A DNA stretch of 64,000 nucleotides from Gemmatimonadales bacterium (GCA_036558125.1 DATBGE010000146.1:52222-116221), one strand, 5' to 3'; positions 1-8,349 are shown, numbered from the stretch's first letter. The notes: generated by a model not told the origin, from the letters alone. Program-made: numbers and translations.

Positions 1-237
1 AGGACCCGCTGGGAATTTCGCGACGGCGGAGGCTGCCGTCAGATCGTGAGCACCTTCTCGGTGCTCGACGGAATGACGTTCGTAACGGTCCGGGACTGCG
101 CGTTCACGATCAACAACGGCAACGTGGTGGTCAGCTTCACCGACACCATGGCGTCGGTCAGCTTCTCGCTGAGTTTCCCCCAGTTCACTCGCGATCGCAT
201 TCTCCTCGGGGGCATCCCCTTCGATCGCACCGCTTGA
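1..237 (+). CDS. C-terminal fragment of a CDS entering from the left edge; product unknown
   Basis: Frame 1 is open from base 1 to TGA 235-237 (...FTRDRILLGGIPFDRTA*). No family motif recognised. Confidence 0.35.
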   Translation, partial: RTRWEFRDGGGCRQIVSTFSVLDGMTFVTVRDCAFTINNGNVVVSFTDTMASVSFSLSFPQFTRDRILLGGIPFDRTA

Positions 238-244
238 GGCCCGC

Positions 245-1459
245 GTGACCAAGGCCGGGGTCGACGTCCTAGTCGTAGGCGCGGGACCGGCTGGCAGTGC
301 TACCACTTGCCACCTCGCTCGCCAGGGTTACCGGGTCGTCGCGGTAGATCGCGCGACCTTCCCCCGGGAAAAAGCCTGCTCCGAATACATGAGTCCCGAG
401 GCAGTCCGCCTGCTTGACCGGCTTGGTGTGGTCCCCACGCTGGAAGCGGCAGGTGCGGTTCCGCTCTATGGGACCACCGTGATCGGTCCCGCGGGAAGCC
501 GGCTCACCGGATTGTTCGCCCGAGCCGGAGTCACCCTGACCCGACCCTCCGGTTTCTCGATTGCCCGGCGCGTTCTCGACCACCAACTGGTTCAGGCTGC
601 GCGCAGCGCAGGGGGAGAGGTACTGGATGGGGTGGGGCTGGAAGCTCTCCTATATGAGAACGGCGCCGTGGGCGGTGCCGTGCTGCGCGATGCCGCCGGA
701 CGCCGGAGGACGATTCGCGCGCGCCTTACGATCGGCGCCGATGGCCTCCGCTCGGTGGTGGCGCGCAGGATCGGGCGCCGGGCTCATGGACGGCCGTCAC
801 GGATGGCCTTGGTCGCTCATGTCACCAATGTCGCCGGAATGAGCGACATCGCCGAGATGCACGTGGGCCGCTCCGGATACGTCGGACTCAATCACCTGGG
901 CAAAGGCGTAACCAACGTCGCGCTGGTCGTACCCCGCGCGCTCACCACCGGGGCAAAGGGTCGGGCCCCAGAATTCTTCCAGGAGCAACTCGAGCTCCTC
1001 CCCGGGGTGCGTGGGCGGGTTCCGCGCGATGGCATCGTCCGCGAAGTCCTCGTCACGGGACCCTTCGCCGCCTGGTCCGGCAGAGTGGTCACCAACGGCG
1101 CCCTCCTCGTGGGAGACGCAGCCGACTTCTTCGATCCCTTTACCGGTGAAGGCATCTACTCGGCACTGCGCGGCGCCGAGCTGGTGGCGGATGCGGCCGC
1201 GGAAGCGCTCAGCTGTCCGGGCCCGGTCGCCGCATCCCGACTCGCCGGGTACGTTGGAGCACGCCGACGGGCTTTTGCGGGAAAGTGGGCCTTGGAACGC
1301 CTCATCGGGTACGCCATGCTGTTGCCGGCTTTGTTCGATCGCGCGGTGGAACGGTTGGAGCGCCGCGGGCTGGCCCACACGCTGATCGGCGCGACCGGAG
1401 ACCTGATCCCCGCCCGCGAGGTGTTGCACCCCGCCTTTCTCGCCAGGATGGTCCTCTGA
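245..1459 (+). CDS. FAD-dependent oxidoreductase, geranylgeranyl-reductase family
   Basis: GTG start. N-terminal Rossmann motif VVGAGPAGS. C-terminal GDAADFFDPFTGEGI motif typical of this flavoprotein family. Confidence 0.8.
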   Translation: MTKAGVDVLVVGAGPAGSATTCHLARQGYRVVAVDRATFPREKACSEYMSPEAVRLLDRLGVVPTLEAAGAVPLYGTTVIGPAGSRLTGLFARAGVTLTRPSGFSIARRVLDHQLVQAARSAGGEVLDGVGLEALLYENGAVGGAVLRDAAGRRRTIRARLTIGADGLRSVVARRIGRRAHGRPSRMALVAHVTNVAGMSDIAEMHVGRSGYVGLNHLGKGVTNVALVVPRALTTGAKGRAPEFFQEQLELLPGVRGRVPRDGIVREVLVTGPFAAWSGRVVTNGALLVGDAADFFDPFTGEGIYSALRGAELVADAAAEALSCPGPVAASRLAGYVGARRRAFAGKWALERLIGYAMLLPALFDRAVERLERRGLAHTLIGATGDLIPAREVLHPAFLARMVL

Positions 1460-1947
1460 TCGTCCCTGATATTGATGGCGCCCTTTTCCGTCAGCTCCTC
1501 GGCCGCTTCGCGACCGGGGTTACCATCCTCACCGCGAGGGACGGAGGCGGGAGGATCGGCGGGATGACCGCCAACAGCCTGGCGTCGGTTTCTCTGGTAC
1601 CTCCCCTCGTGTCCGTCTGCGTCGAACGCCTGGCCGAGATGCATCAGGTCCTGGATGGCGCGACGCGATACGTCCTCAACGTCCTGAGCGAGGCACAAGA
1701 AGGCCTCTCCCGCCGGTTTGCTGTTTTGCCCGTGGCCGAGAGATTTCATGGCGTGCCCTATCGCGAGACGGAGAACGGCTTGATCGTGCTCGAGGGAGTG
1801 CTGGCCCACATCGAATGCGAGCGGTATGCCGATTTTCCTCTCGGCGATCACACGCTATTCGTCGGTCGAGTAACCGGAGGTTCGCCTGGAGAGGGAGCTC
1901 CCCTGCTCTACTATCGCGGCAACTACGGCTCTATGAGATCACAGTGA
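1456..1947 (+). CDS. Flavin reductase-like FMN-binding protein (HpaC/NADH:flavin oxidoreductase family)
   Basis: Domain signature FRQLLGRFATGVTILTA...GMTANSLASVSL. No ATG/GTG/TTG lies near the homologous N-terminus. Proposed start is CTG 1456, overlapping the upstream TGA 1457-1459. The track start GTG 1285 would overlap the upstream gene by 175 nt and add an Arg/Pro-rich extension. The start coordinate is uncertain. Confidence 0.65.
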   Translation: MIVPDIDGALFRQLLGRFATGVTILTARDGGGRIGGMTANSLASVSLVPPLVSVCVERLAEMHQVLDGATRYVLNVLSEAQEGLSRRFAVLPVAERFHGVPYRETENGLIVLEGVLAHIECERYADFPLGDHTLFVGRVTGGSPGEGAPLLYYRGNYGSMRSQ

Positions 1948-2636
1948 CCGGAGTCGAGCTTGCCACGATCGGCCGGGAGCTGCTGGACGATCCGGCCGCC
2001 GATCCAAACGCGGTCAGAGAATCACTGCACAACATCGCGCGATCGAATCGCTGGTTTGGCGGGCGTCTGGCGGTTCGTCACGGCCTCGATCAGCTCTGCC
2101 GAGATCTGCCCGCCGGCACAGCTCTCACCATGCTGGATATCGGCACGGGACTCGGCGACCTCCCGATGGACGCAGTGAAGTGGGGCGCCAGCCGCGGCTT
2201 GCGGCTGGTTCCGTTGGGGCTGGAGCGGAGTCGCCCCGCGGCACAGCTCGCCCGGGACGCTGGCCTCCCCATGGTCCTGGGATGCGCCGGCGCGCTACCC
2301 ATCAAGCCTCGCTCGGTAGACATCGTCGTGCTGAGCCAGGTCGCTCATCACATGCATGGCGAAGCTGTAATCCGAATGGCAGGAGAACTGACTAAGGTGT
2401 CTCGGATCGGCGTGGTGCTGGCGGACCTCCGCCGCTCCAGGCTGGCGATGGTCGCCTTCTGGTTCGGCTCGCGAATGCTCCGCTTCGATCCGGCGACCCG
2501 CGCCGATGGACTCACCTCGGTGCGGCGCAGCTACACCCGGATGGAATTGAAGACTCTGCTTTCTCGCGCCGGCATCGATGCAACGGTCGAACGGCGGCCC
2601 GGGTTCCGGCTGGTCGCAACATGGCGCAGCGGATGA
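1944..2636 (+). CDS. Class I SAM-dependent methyltransferase
   Basis: Motif I LDIGTGLGDL. GTG 1944 overlaps the upstream stop (GTGA). The track start at 1815 lies inside the previous gene. Confidence 0.7.
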   Translation: MTGVELATIGRELLDDPAADPNAVRESLHNIARSNRWFGGRLAVRHGLDQLCRDLPAGTALTMLDIGTGLGDLPMDAVKWGASRGLRLVPLGLERSRPAAQLARDAGLPMVLGCAGALPIKPRSVDIVVLSQVAHHMHGEAVIRMAGELTKVSRIGVVLADLRRSRLAMVAFWFGSRMLRFDPATRADGLTSVRRSYTRMELKTLLSRAGIDATVERRPGFRLVATWRSG

Positions 2637-3112
2637 AGACGGTAGACGAACGGCGGATTCGTGCGCCGGCCGACCTGGTGTTCAAGGCCGCGAGCGAGGT
2701 CGAGCGCTGGCCCGAATGGCTCTCCCACTATCGCTGGGTGCGCATCCTCGAACGAAGGCCGCAGAGTGTGCTGGTCGAGATGGCGGCATGGAGGCCATTC
2801 CCTGTAGGTAAATACCCTACATGGTGGGTATCCGAGATGTGGGTGAAACCGGCCGATCTTGAAGTCCGGTACCGACATATCCGAGGGGTGACACTGGGGA
2901 TGGACGTCGTTTGGCGGCTGGTGCCCTCCGGCGAATCAACAGACGTCTCCATTATTCATGAGTGGGACGGCCCTCGCTGGCCCGTGATCGGCCGCCCAGC
3001 GGCAGAGCTGGTCATCGGGCCGGTGTTTGTGCACGGCATCGCGTCGCGAACGCTGGCGGGAATAGCCCGTCACGTCGAACAAGCCGCGATGGGAACGGCG
3101 GCAACGCCGTGA
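2621..3112 (+). CDS. SRPBCC-superfamily protein (polyketide cyclase/dehydrase-like)
   Basis: About 160 aa with the N-terminal pattern RIRAPADLVFKAASEVERWPEWL typical of the START/SRPBCC fold. Overlaps the methyltransferase by 16 nt. Confidence 0.6.
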   Translation: MAQRMKTVDERRIRAPADLVFKAASEVERWPEWLSHYRWVRILERRPQSVLVEMAAWRPFPVGKYPTWWVSEMWVKPADLEVRYRHIRGVTLGMDVVWRLVPSGESTDVSIIHEWDGPRWPVIGRPAAELVIGPVFVHGIASRTLAGIARHVEQAAMGTAATP

Positions 3113-3136
3113 TGAGGTGCGGAGACAAGAGGTAAA

Positions 3137-4384
3137 ATGGAAAACCAGAGAAGAGTCGTGATCACAGGAATCGGGGCTATCACTCCCATAGGCATCGGTG
3201 TGGACGCCGTCTGGGACGGTCTGCAGAGCCGCCGCTCCGCGGTTCGAGAAATCACCCGTTTCGATGCAACACCATTCAAGTCACGGATCGCCGCTCAAGT
3301 TGATGACTTCCATCCCACCGATCACATCGAGGAGCGACGGGCGCGACGACTGGATCGCTACTCGATGTTCAGCGTAGCGTCTACCCGGATGGCGCTCAGG
3401 GATGCCGGCATCGACCCGACGAAGGAAGACCGGGACCGCATCGGCGCGATGATGGGAACGGCGTTGGGCGGCGTGGCCCGGGCCGAAACCGAGCACCGCC
3501 ACTTCGTCGAGGGCGGAGTGCGGGCTGTAGATCCAACACTGGCTCTGCAGGTCTATGCCGGCGCGGCGAGTTGCAATATCGCGATCGAATTCGGTCTGTG
3601 CGGACCCAATTCCACCAACGGGATGAGCTGCGCGTCGGGCACCATAGCCGTCGGCGATGGCTATCGCGCGATTCTGCGGGGAGACGCGGACGTCATGGTA
3701 GCCGGTGGCGCGGAGGCTCCTCTGGCACCGCTCTGCTTCGCCGCCTTTGCCATCATCCGGGCGATGTCTACCCGCAATGATGATCCCGCCACGGCCAGCC
3801 GTCCCTTCGACCGGAATCGGGACGGCTTCGTGATGGGAGAGGGCTCCGCGGTGGTCGTTCTCGAGGAGCGGAACCGCGCGCTCAGCAGAGGTGCCAAGAT
3901 CTACGCCGAGGTCTGCGGCTACGGGCTTACCAATGACGCGTTCCATATGACGCAGCCACGACCCGACGCCCGCCAGGCGGCACGCGCCATGTCCCTCGCG
4001 CTCTCCGAGGCGCGGCTGACGCCGCGTGAGGTGGGGTACCTCAATGCGCACGGATCATCCACTCCGCTTAACGACCCGACGGAAACCGCGGCAATCAAGC
4101 AGGTGTTTGGAGAAGCCAGCAAGAGCCTCTTGCTGAGTGGGACCAAGGGCTACTACGGGCATGCCCTCGGCGCGAGCGGCGCTTTCGAAACCGTCATTTG
4201 TGCCTTGGCGACCAGCCACCGCTGGCTACCCCCCACGGTCAATTTGTCCGACCCCGATCCTGCCTGTGATCTGGACTATATCGCCGGTGAAGGCCGCCAA
4301 GCCGACCCCGAATTCATCCTGACCAACTCGTTCGGTTTTGGAGGTATCAACGCCAGCCTGGTACTCCGCCGAAACGACCCCTAG
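3137..4384 (+). CDS. Beta-ketoacyl-ACP synthase I/II family (elongating KS)
   Basis: Cys-His-His triad contexts GMSCASG, AFHMTQP and NAHGSSTP. C-terminal SFGFGGINASLVL. Confidence 0.9.
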   Translation: MENQRRVVITGIGAITPIGIGVDAVWDGLQSRRSAVREITRFDATPFKSRIAAQVDDFHPTDHIEERRARRLDRYSMFSVASTRMALRDAGIDPTKEDRDRIGAMMGTALGGVARAETEHRHFVEGGVRAVDPTLALQVYAGAASCNIAIEFGLCGPNSTNGMSCASGTIAVGDGYRAILRGDADVMVAGGAEAPLAPLCFAAFAIIRAMSTRNDDPATASRPFDRNRDGFVMGEGSAVVVLEERNRALSRGAKIYAEVCGYGLTNDAFHMTQPRPDARQAARAMSLALSEARLTPREVGYLNAHGSSTPLNDPTETAAIKQVFGEASKSLLLSGTKGYYGHALGASGAFETVICALATSHRWLPPTVNLSDPDPACDLDYIAGEGRQADPEFILTNSFGFGGINASLVLRRNDP

Positions 4385-4452
4385 AGCGTCGGGGGACCAC
4401 CGTTTACAGTTCACCGTCCCTTTGGCGGCCCTTACCCTTTCCTCCAGGAGCC

Positions 4453-5127
4453 ATGGCGTCACTCACCCGGCGGTTGACGGCAGAAGCCCTCGGCACCTTC
4501 AGTTTCGTATTCATCGGATGCGCCTCGGTCACCGCTGCTGGAATCATCGGTGGCGATGGCGGAGTCCTCGGCGTCGCCTTCGCCCACGCGCTCGCATTGT
4601 CGGTCATGATCACAGCCACGATGAACATCTCTGGTGGGCACCTGAATCCAGCCGTGACGCTCAGCCTGCTCAGCGTCCGCCGCATCGACGCGAAATCGGC
4701 TCTCCTTTATATAGTCGCGCAACTGGGCGGCGCCGCCCTGGGAGCTCTTTTCGTCAAGCTCCTGTACGGTCACAACTTCACCCATCCGATCACCCTGGGC
4801 ACTCCGAGCCTTGCCAATACCATGACGTGGGGCACCGCGATCGGAATCGAAGCCGTCCTGACCTTCTTTCTCGTATCGGCGGTCTTTGGCACCGCCGTGT
4901 CGCCCGACGCGCCCAAGGTAGGCGGGTTCGGCATCGGCATGGTCCTGCTGTTCGACATCATCGCCGGCGGCGCCTTGACCGGTGCAGTGATGAACCCGGC
5001 TCGCGCCTTTGGGCCCGCGCTCATCTCAGGGACCTGGTACGCCCAACCTGTCTGGTGGATTGGTCCGATACTCGGCGGGCTTGTCGCGGCGCAGATCTGG
5101 GACAGGGTGCTTTTGCGAAAGGAATAG
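4453..5127 (+). CDS. aqpZ: Aquaporin / MIP-family channel
   Basis: Two NPA boxes (HLNPAVTL and MNPARAFGP) and six hydrophobic segments. Confidence 0.9.
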   Translation: MASLTRRLTAEALGTFSFVFIGCASVTAAGIIGGDGGVLGVAFAHALALSVMITATMNISGGHLNPAVTLSLLSVRRIDAKSALLYIVAQLGGAALGALFVKLLYGHNFTHPITLGTPSLANTMTWGTAIGIEAVLTFFLVSAVFGTAVSPDAPKVGGFGIGMVLLFDIIAGGALTGAVMNPARAFGPALISGTWYAQPVWWIGPILGGLVAAQIWDRVLLRKE

Positions 5128-5144
5128 AAAGTCGTAAAGGTGAG

Positions 5145-5228
5145 AATTGAAGATTGCAGATTGAAGATTGCAGATTGAAAAGAACCTCTTCCCTCAAATC
5201 TGAAATCTGAAATCTCCAATCTTCAATT
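5145..5228. repeat. Heptamer-built imperfect inverted repeat (5 + 5 heptamers, 14-nt loop)
   Basis: Left arm AATTGAA GATTGCA GATTGAA GATTGCA GATTGAA at 5145-5179. Right arm TCAAATC TGAAATC TGAAATC TCCAATC TTCAATT at 5194-5228. The arms are approximately reverse-complementary, unit for unit. Confidence 0.9.
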
Positions 5229-5348
5229 TTCATCCCTGCCCACCCTACGGCACCTCCCCCACAACACCAACACGTACCCCAGATAGATCAGGCTCGCCAT
5301 GACATAGGCGGCGACCATGAACCCGCCGTTGCTCGGAGTCTCAGGCAT
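5223..5348 (-). CDS. ccmD: Putative heme exporter protein D (41 aa, single TM; absent from the ORF track because it is under 60 aa)
   Basis: My translation is MPETPSNGGFMVAAYVMASLIYLGYVLVLWGRCRRVGRDEN*. The ATG overlaps the ccmC stop (ATGCCTGA). It has one hydrophobic helix followed by basic residues, and occupies the expected position after ccmC. Confidence 0.5.
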   Translation of the reverse strand: MPETPSNGGFMVAAYVMASLIYLGYVLVLWGRCRRVGRDEN

Positions 5349-6036
5349 GGCTCCGCTCCCCGGCGTCCTGGGCCAATCTGATTCCGTAGGTCAGAGTCAC
5401 CAATCCGACATACAGAAGGGTGAATGCGGCGAAGGAAAACAGCAGTGTCCGCAGCATCTCCGGATCAAGCGAGGGAGCGCTCGGCTTGAGAACGATCGGG
5501 GTGGGATGAAGGCCCCGGAACAAATAGACGCTGAGATGGATGAAAGGCACCAGGACCATCGCCATGATGCCGACCACGGCCGAGAGTCGCGCCCGCTCGG
5601 TAGGTACCCGAATCGCTGATCGCAGGACGTGATATCCCAGCAGGAGGAAGAACAGGAAGAGCGTCAACGACAGCCGCGCGTCCCAGGTCCACCAGGCGCC
5701 CCAGATCGGCTTCCCCCAGATTGGACCGGTCGTGAGAACCACGGCACAAAACACCGTTCCGACTTCCGCCGAGGCGGCGGCGAAGCGGTCGAAGTGCTGG
5801 TCACCCAGCCAGAGATAGAGAATGCTGGCCATGCCGGTGAGACCGACTGCCAGGAAGGCACACCACGCCGAGGGGGCATGGATGTAGAAGATCTTCTGAG
5901 CCAACCCCTGCCGGATTTCGGTCGGGGTGAACCGAAGAGCGAGGACCATCACGGTGGCGACCGCCAGAAGGGATACCAGCGTGATTCGCCATCCCCGCCG
6001 GATGAGGGCTTGGGCTCGGTCGGGATCGGGGTTCAT
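5341..6036 (-). CDS. ccmC: Heme exporter protein C
   Basis: Trp-rich WWD motif WGKPIWGAWWTWDARL. Multi-TM protein. ATGA overlap with ccmB. Confidence 0.9.
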   Translation of the reverse strand: MNPDPDRAQALIRRGWRITLVSLLAVATVMVLALRFTPTEIRQGLAQKIFYIHAPSAWCAFLAVGLTGMASILYLWLGDQHFDRFAAASAEVGTVFCAVVLTTGPIWGKPIWGAWWTWDARLSLTLFLFFLLLGYHVLRSAIRVPTERARLSAVVGIMAMVLVPFIHLSVYLFRGLHPTPIVLKPSAPSLDPEMLRTLLFSFAAFTLLYVGLVTLTYGIRLAQDAGERSHA

Positions 6037-6713
6037 TCGTCTACTACTGCGGAGAATAGGAGAAGTGAGACTGTGATAAAGGCCACGTCGTAGAGTACCA
6101 GCAACCTAAGCCCTCCCGCCACCTCGCTCAACGCACGATTGGTCAGCAGCCGCATTGTAACCTGCACCGCAAAGACGAGAGGTGGCACCATGAATGGCAG
6201 GAGGAGAACCGGCAGCATCAGCTCCGCGAAGCGAGTACGCACGACGATGGCGCTGAAGAGGGTTCCCACCGAAACTAGTCCCGCCGTGGCAAGTAGAAGG
6301 GTGACCAGCAGCCCCGGAAGCGCGTGACTCAGATCAACGTTGAAGAAAAGCACGAACAGAGGCAGCGCGATGGTCTCCACCAGCAGCACAAAGGTCAGGT
6401 TGGCGAGGTACTTCCCGAGGAACAGCACCTCCCGGGAGACGGGAGCCAGGAGCAAGCCGTCAAAGGCGTGATTCTCCCGCTCGACGGCGAACCCGCGATT
6501 CATCGCAACCACCGCCGCGAACGCAACCGTCACCCACAGGATCCCAGGCGCCAAATCGATCGTCGCCACCGCGGTTGGATCGCGCGCGAAGTTGAACACG
6601 ACGAGGAGCAGGGCCGCAAACATCGCCGCCGAGAGAAAGCTGGTCCGGCTCCGCATTTCGGCACGGAGGTCCTTGGCCGCAATCGCGAGCGCGAGCCGCA
6701 AGGGCTCAAGCAC
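6033..6713 (-). CDS. ccmB: Heme exporter protein B (ABC permease)
   Basis: Polytopic membrane protein of about 225 aa located between ccmA and ccmC. Overlaps both neighbours. Confidence 0.8.
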   Translation of the reverse strand: MLEPLRLALAIAAKDLRAEMRSRTSFLSAAMFAALLLVVFNFARDPTAVATIDLAPGILWVTVAFAAVVAMNRGFAVERENHAFDGLLLAPVSREVLFLGKYLANLTFVLLVETIALPLFVLFFNVDLSHALPGLLVTLLLATAGLVSVGTLFSAIVVRTRFAELMLPVLLLPFMVPPLVFAVQVTMRLLTNRALSEVAGGLRLLVLYDVAFITVSLLLFSAVVDE

Positions 6714-7422
6714 GTGCCAGCTCCTGGTACCGCGTCACAAACTGCTCGAGTGACGCGGCTCGGTTTTCTCGCAGCGCCCACTGACCAGCACGGAGGACGC
6801 CCACCCGAGTCGCCAGATCCCAGGCTTCAGACGGATGGTGGGTAACAAGCACGACCGCGCGACCGCCGAGACACCGCTCCCGCAGGAGCGTACGAAGCAG
6901 TTCCGCGGAGTTGGTGTCGAGTCCGGTGAAGGGTTCGTCGAGCAGCAGCACAGCTGGATCATGAATCAGCGCGCGGGCAATGGCCGCCCGCTGCTCCAGC
7001 CCGCGGCTCAGGTCTCGAGGCTGATCTCTGAGTCGCGCGGCGAGACCGAACGCTGCAAGCGCCTCGCGGGCCTTCTGCTCCGGCTGGGCCAAGCCATACA
7101 ACCGCGCGGCAAAAGTCAGGTTTTCGAGAAGTGTTAAGTCGTCGTAGAGCAGAGAGTGATGAGAGAGAAATCCGATCGGACGCCGGCTCTCGGGCTCACT
7201 CGCCCGAAGCAATTGGCCTGCGATCCGCACTTCACCCGCGCTCGGCCTGAGGAGACCGGCCAGCACGCGAAGCAACGTTGTCTTCCCCGCCCCGTTGGGA
7301 CCCAGCACCATCAGCACTTCGCCGGCGCCAAGAGTGAGGTCGACGCCGGAGATGGCCCGGACCGACCCGTAGGCCCGCTCCAGACCGACCGCCTCGAGCG
7401 CCGGCCGGTCAGCGGACGGCAT
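6706..7422 (-). CDS. ccmA: ABC transporter ATP-binding protein, heme export type
   Basis: Walker A GPNGAGKT, signature LSRGLEQR, Walker B LLLDEP. Operon context with ccmBC. Confidence 0.8.
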   Translation of the reverse strand: MPSADRPALEAVGLERAYGSVRAISGVDLTLGAGEVLMVLGPNGAGKTTLLRVLAGLLRPSAGEVRIAGQLLRASEPESRRPIGFLSHHSLLYDDLTLLENLTFAARLYGLAQPEQKAREALAAFGLAARLRDQPRDLSRGLEQRAAIARALIHDPAVLLLDEPFTGLDTNSAELLRTLLRERCLGGRAVVLVTHHPSEAWDLATRVGVLRAGQWALRENRAASLEQFVTRYQELARA

Positions 7423-7777
7423 CGATCCGGTCGCCGAGTTCTGACAGATCGAAGGGCTTTACCAGGTAGCCGCTGTGCGGGAGGTCCAGCACTTGGAGCT
7501 GGGGCTTGAGGCTGACGTAGGCGGAAGTGACAATGACGGGAAGGGCCGGCTGGATTTCCCGAAGACGGCGAATGAGGTCGATGCCGTCGGTGTCGGGAAG
7601 CCGCATATCGAGAACGGCAACGTCAGGCGGCTGCTCCTGCGCCAACCGAATCGCTTCGGCTCCGGTCGCCGCGAACGAGGCGGCATACCGGGCGGCAAAA
7701 TACCGCTCGTAGCTCAGGCGAATAGCCGGCTCGTCCTCGACAAAGAGAACCCGCCGGCGCGCGGGGGGGTGAGCCAT
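7409..7777 (-). CDS. Single-domain response regulator (receiver only)
   Basis: Receiver motifs FVEDEP, LDMRLPDTDG and VKPF. ATG 7777 is preferred over TTG 7786. Confidence 0.8.
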   Translation of the reverse strand: MAHPPARRRVLFVEDEPAIRLSYERYFAARYAASFAATGAEAIRLAQEQPPDVAVLDMRLPDTDGIDLIRRLREIQPALPVIVTSAYVSLKPQLQVLDLPHSGYLVKPFDLSELGDRIDAVR

Positions 7778-7794
7778 CCCCCCCAATATAGCCC

Positions 7795-8106
7795 TTAGAC
7801 CGCAGCCTCCAGCTGGAACAAGTCATCCAGTTTGGTGAGTACCAGCAGGAACCGAAGTTCGTCGTTCGCATTCCTGAGTACTACCACCTGGCGCCGCTCC
7901 GAGGCCCGGCGCTGCACCAGCATGAGCGCTCCCAGGCCCGCCGAATCCACCTGCCGGGTATGGCTCAGGTCGATGATCAGGCGACCGCTACGCTCGGGCA
8001 GCTGCTCGAGCAGGGTCACCGCCGCCTGGCGGAACTCGGTGCGTGACTCCAGACCGAGATGCTCGGGTGCCGCCAACTCCAGGGACGTCGTCTGCGTGGT
8101 GAACAT
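7795..8106 (-). CDS. STAS-domain protein (anti-sigma-factor antagonist family)
   Basis: About 100 aa with the pattern IDLSHTRQVDSAGLGALM typical of SpoIIAA/STAS. Confidence 0.8.
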   Translation of the reverse strand: MFTTQTTSLELAAPEHLGLESRTEFRQAAVTLLEQLPERSGRLIIDLSHTRQVDSAGLGALMLVQRRASERRQVVVLRNANDELRFLLVLTKLDDLFQLEAAV

Positions 8107-8292
8107 CGTGTCCTCCCACGCCCGAATACACAGAAGCGCGATCGTTCGCCGCCTGCTACTTCTGCGGGACGCTCGCGCTTTCGCGCTGCACCCGCCTTCG
8201 GCACCGAGCTATCTCTGCGCGCCAGACCTCGCGCTGGAGACCTCTAGTTTTGCGGCCCCGGATCACTCCGGGTGTGCTATTATCGGGCGAGT

Positions 8293-8334
8293 CAATTGTT
8301 GTGGAACCCTTGTGGGTTCCGGCCACCACAATTG
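8293..8334. repeat. 12-bp-arm inverted repeat enclosing a nested 5-bp hairpin
   Basis: CAATTGTTGTGG at 8293-8304 pairs with CCACCACAATTG at 8323-8334 (11 of 12 positions). The inner hairpin is AACCC-TTGT-GGGTT at 8305-8318. Confidence 0.8.
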
Positions 8335-8349
8335 GCTAGTCCAGTGCCA
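8335..8349 (-). promoter_or_regulatory. Candidate sigma-54 (-24/-12) promoter facing the STAS-receiver-ccm operon
   Basis: The minus strand reads TGGCAC-TGGAC-TAGC, a 9 of 10 match to TGGCAC-N5-TTGC with GG and GC at the correct spacing. An AT-rich tract at 8358-8394 lies immediately upstream in that orientation. Confidence 0.4.
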
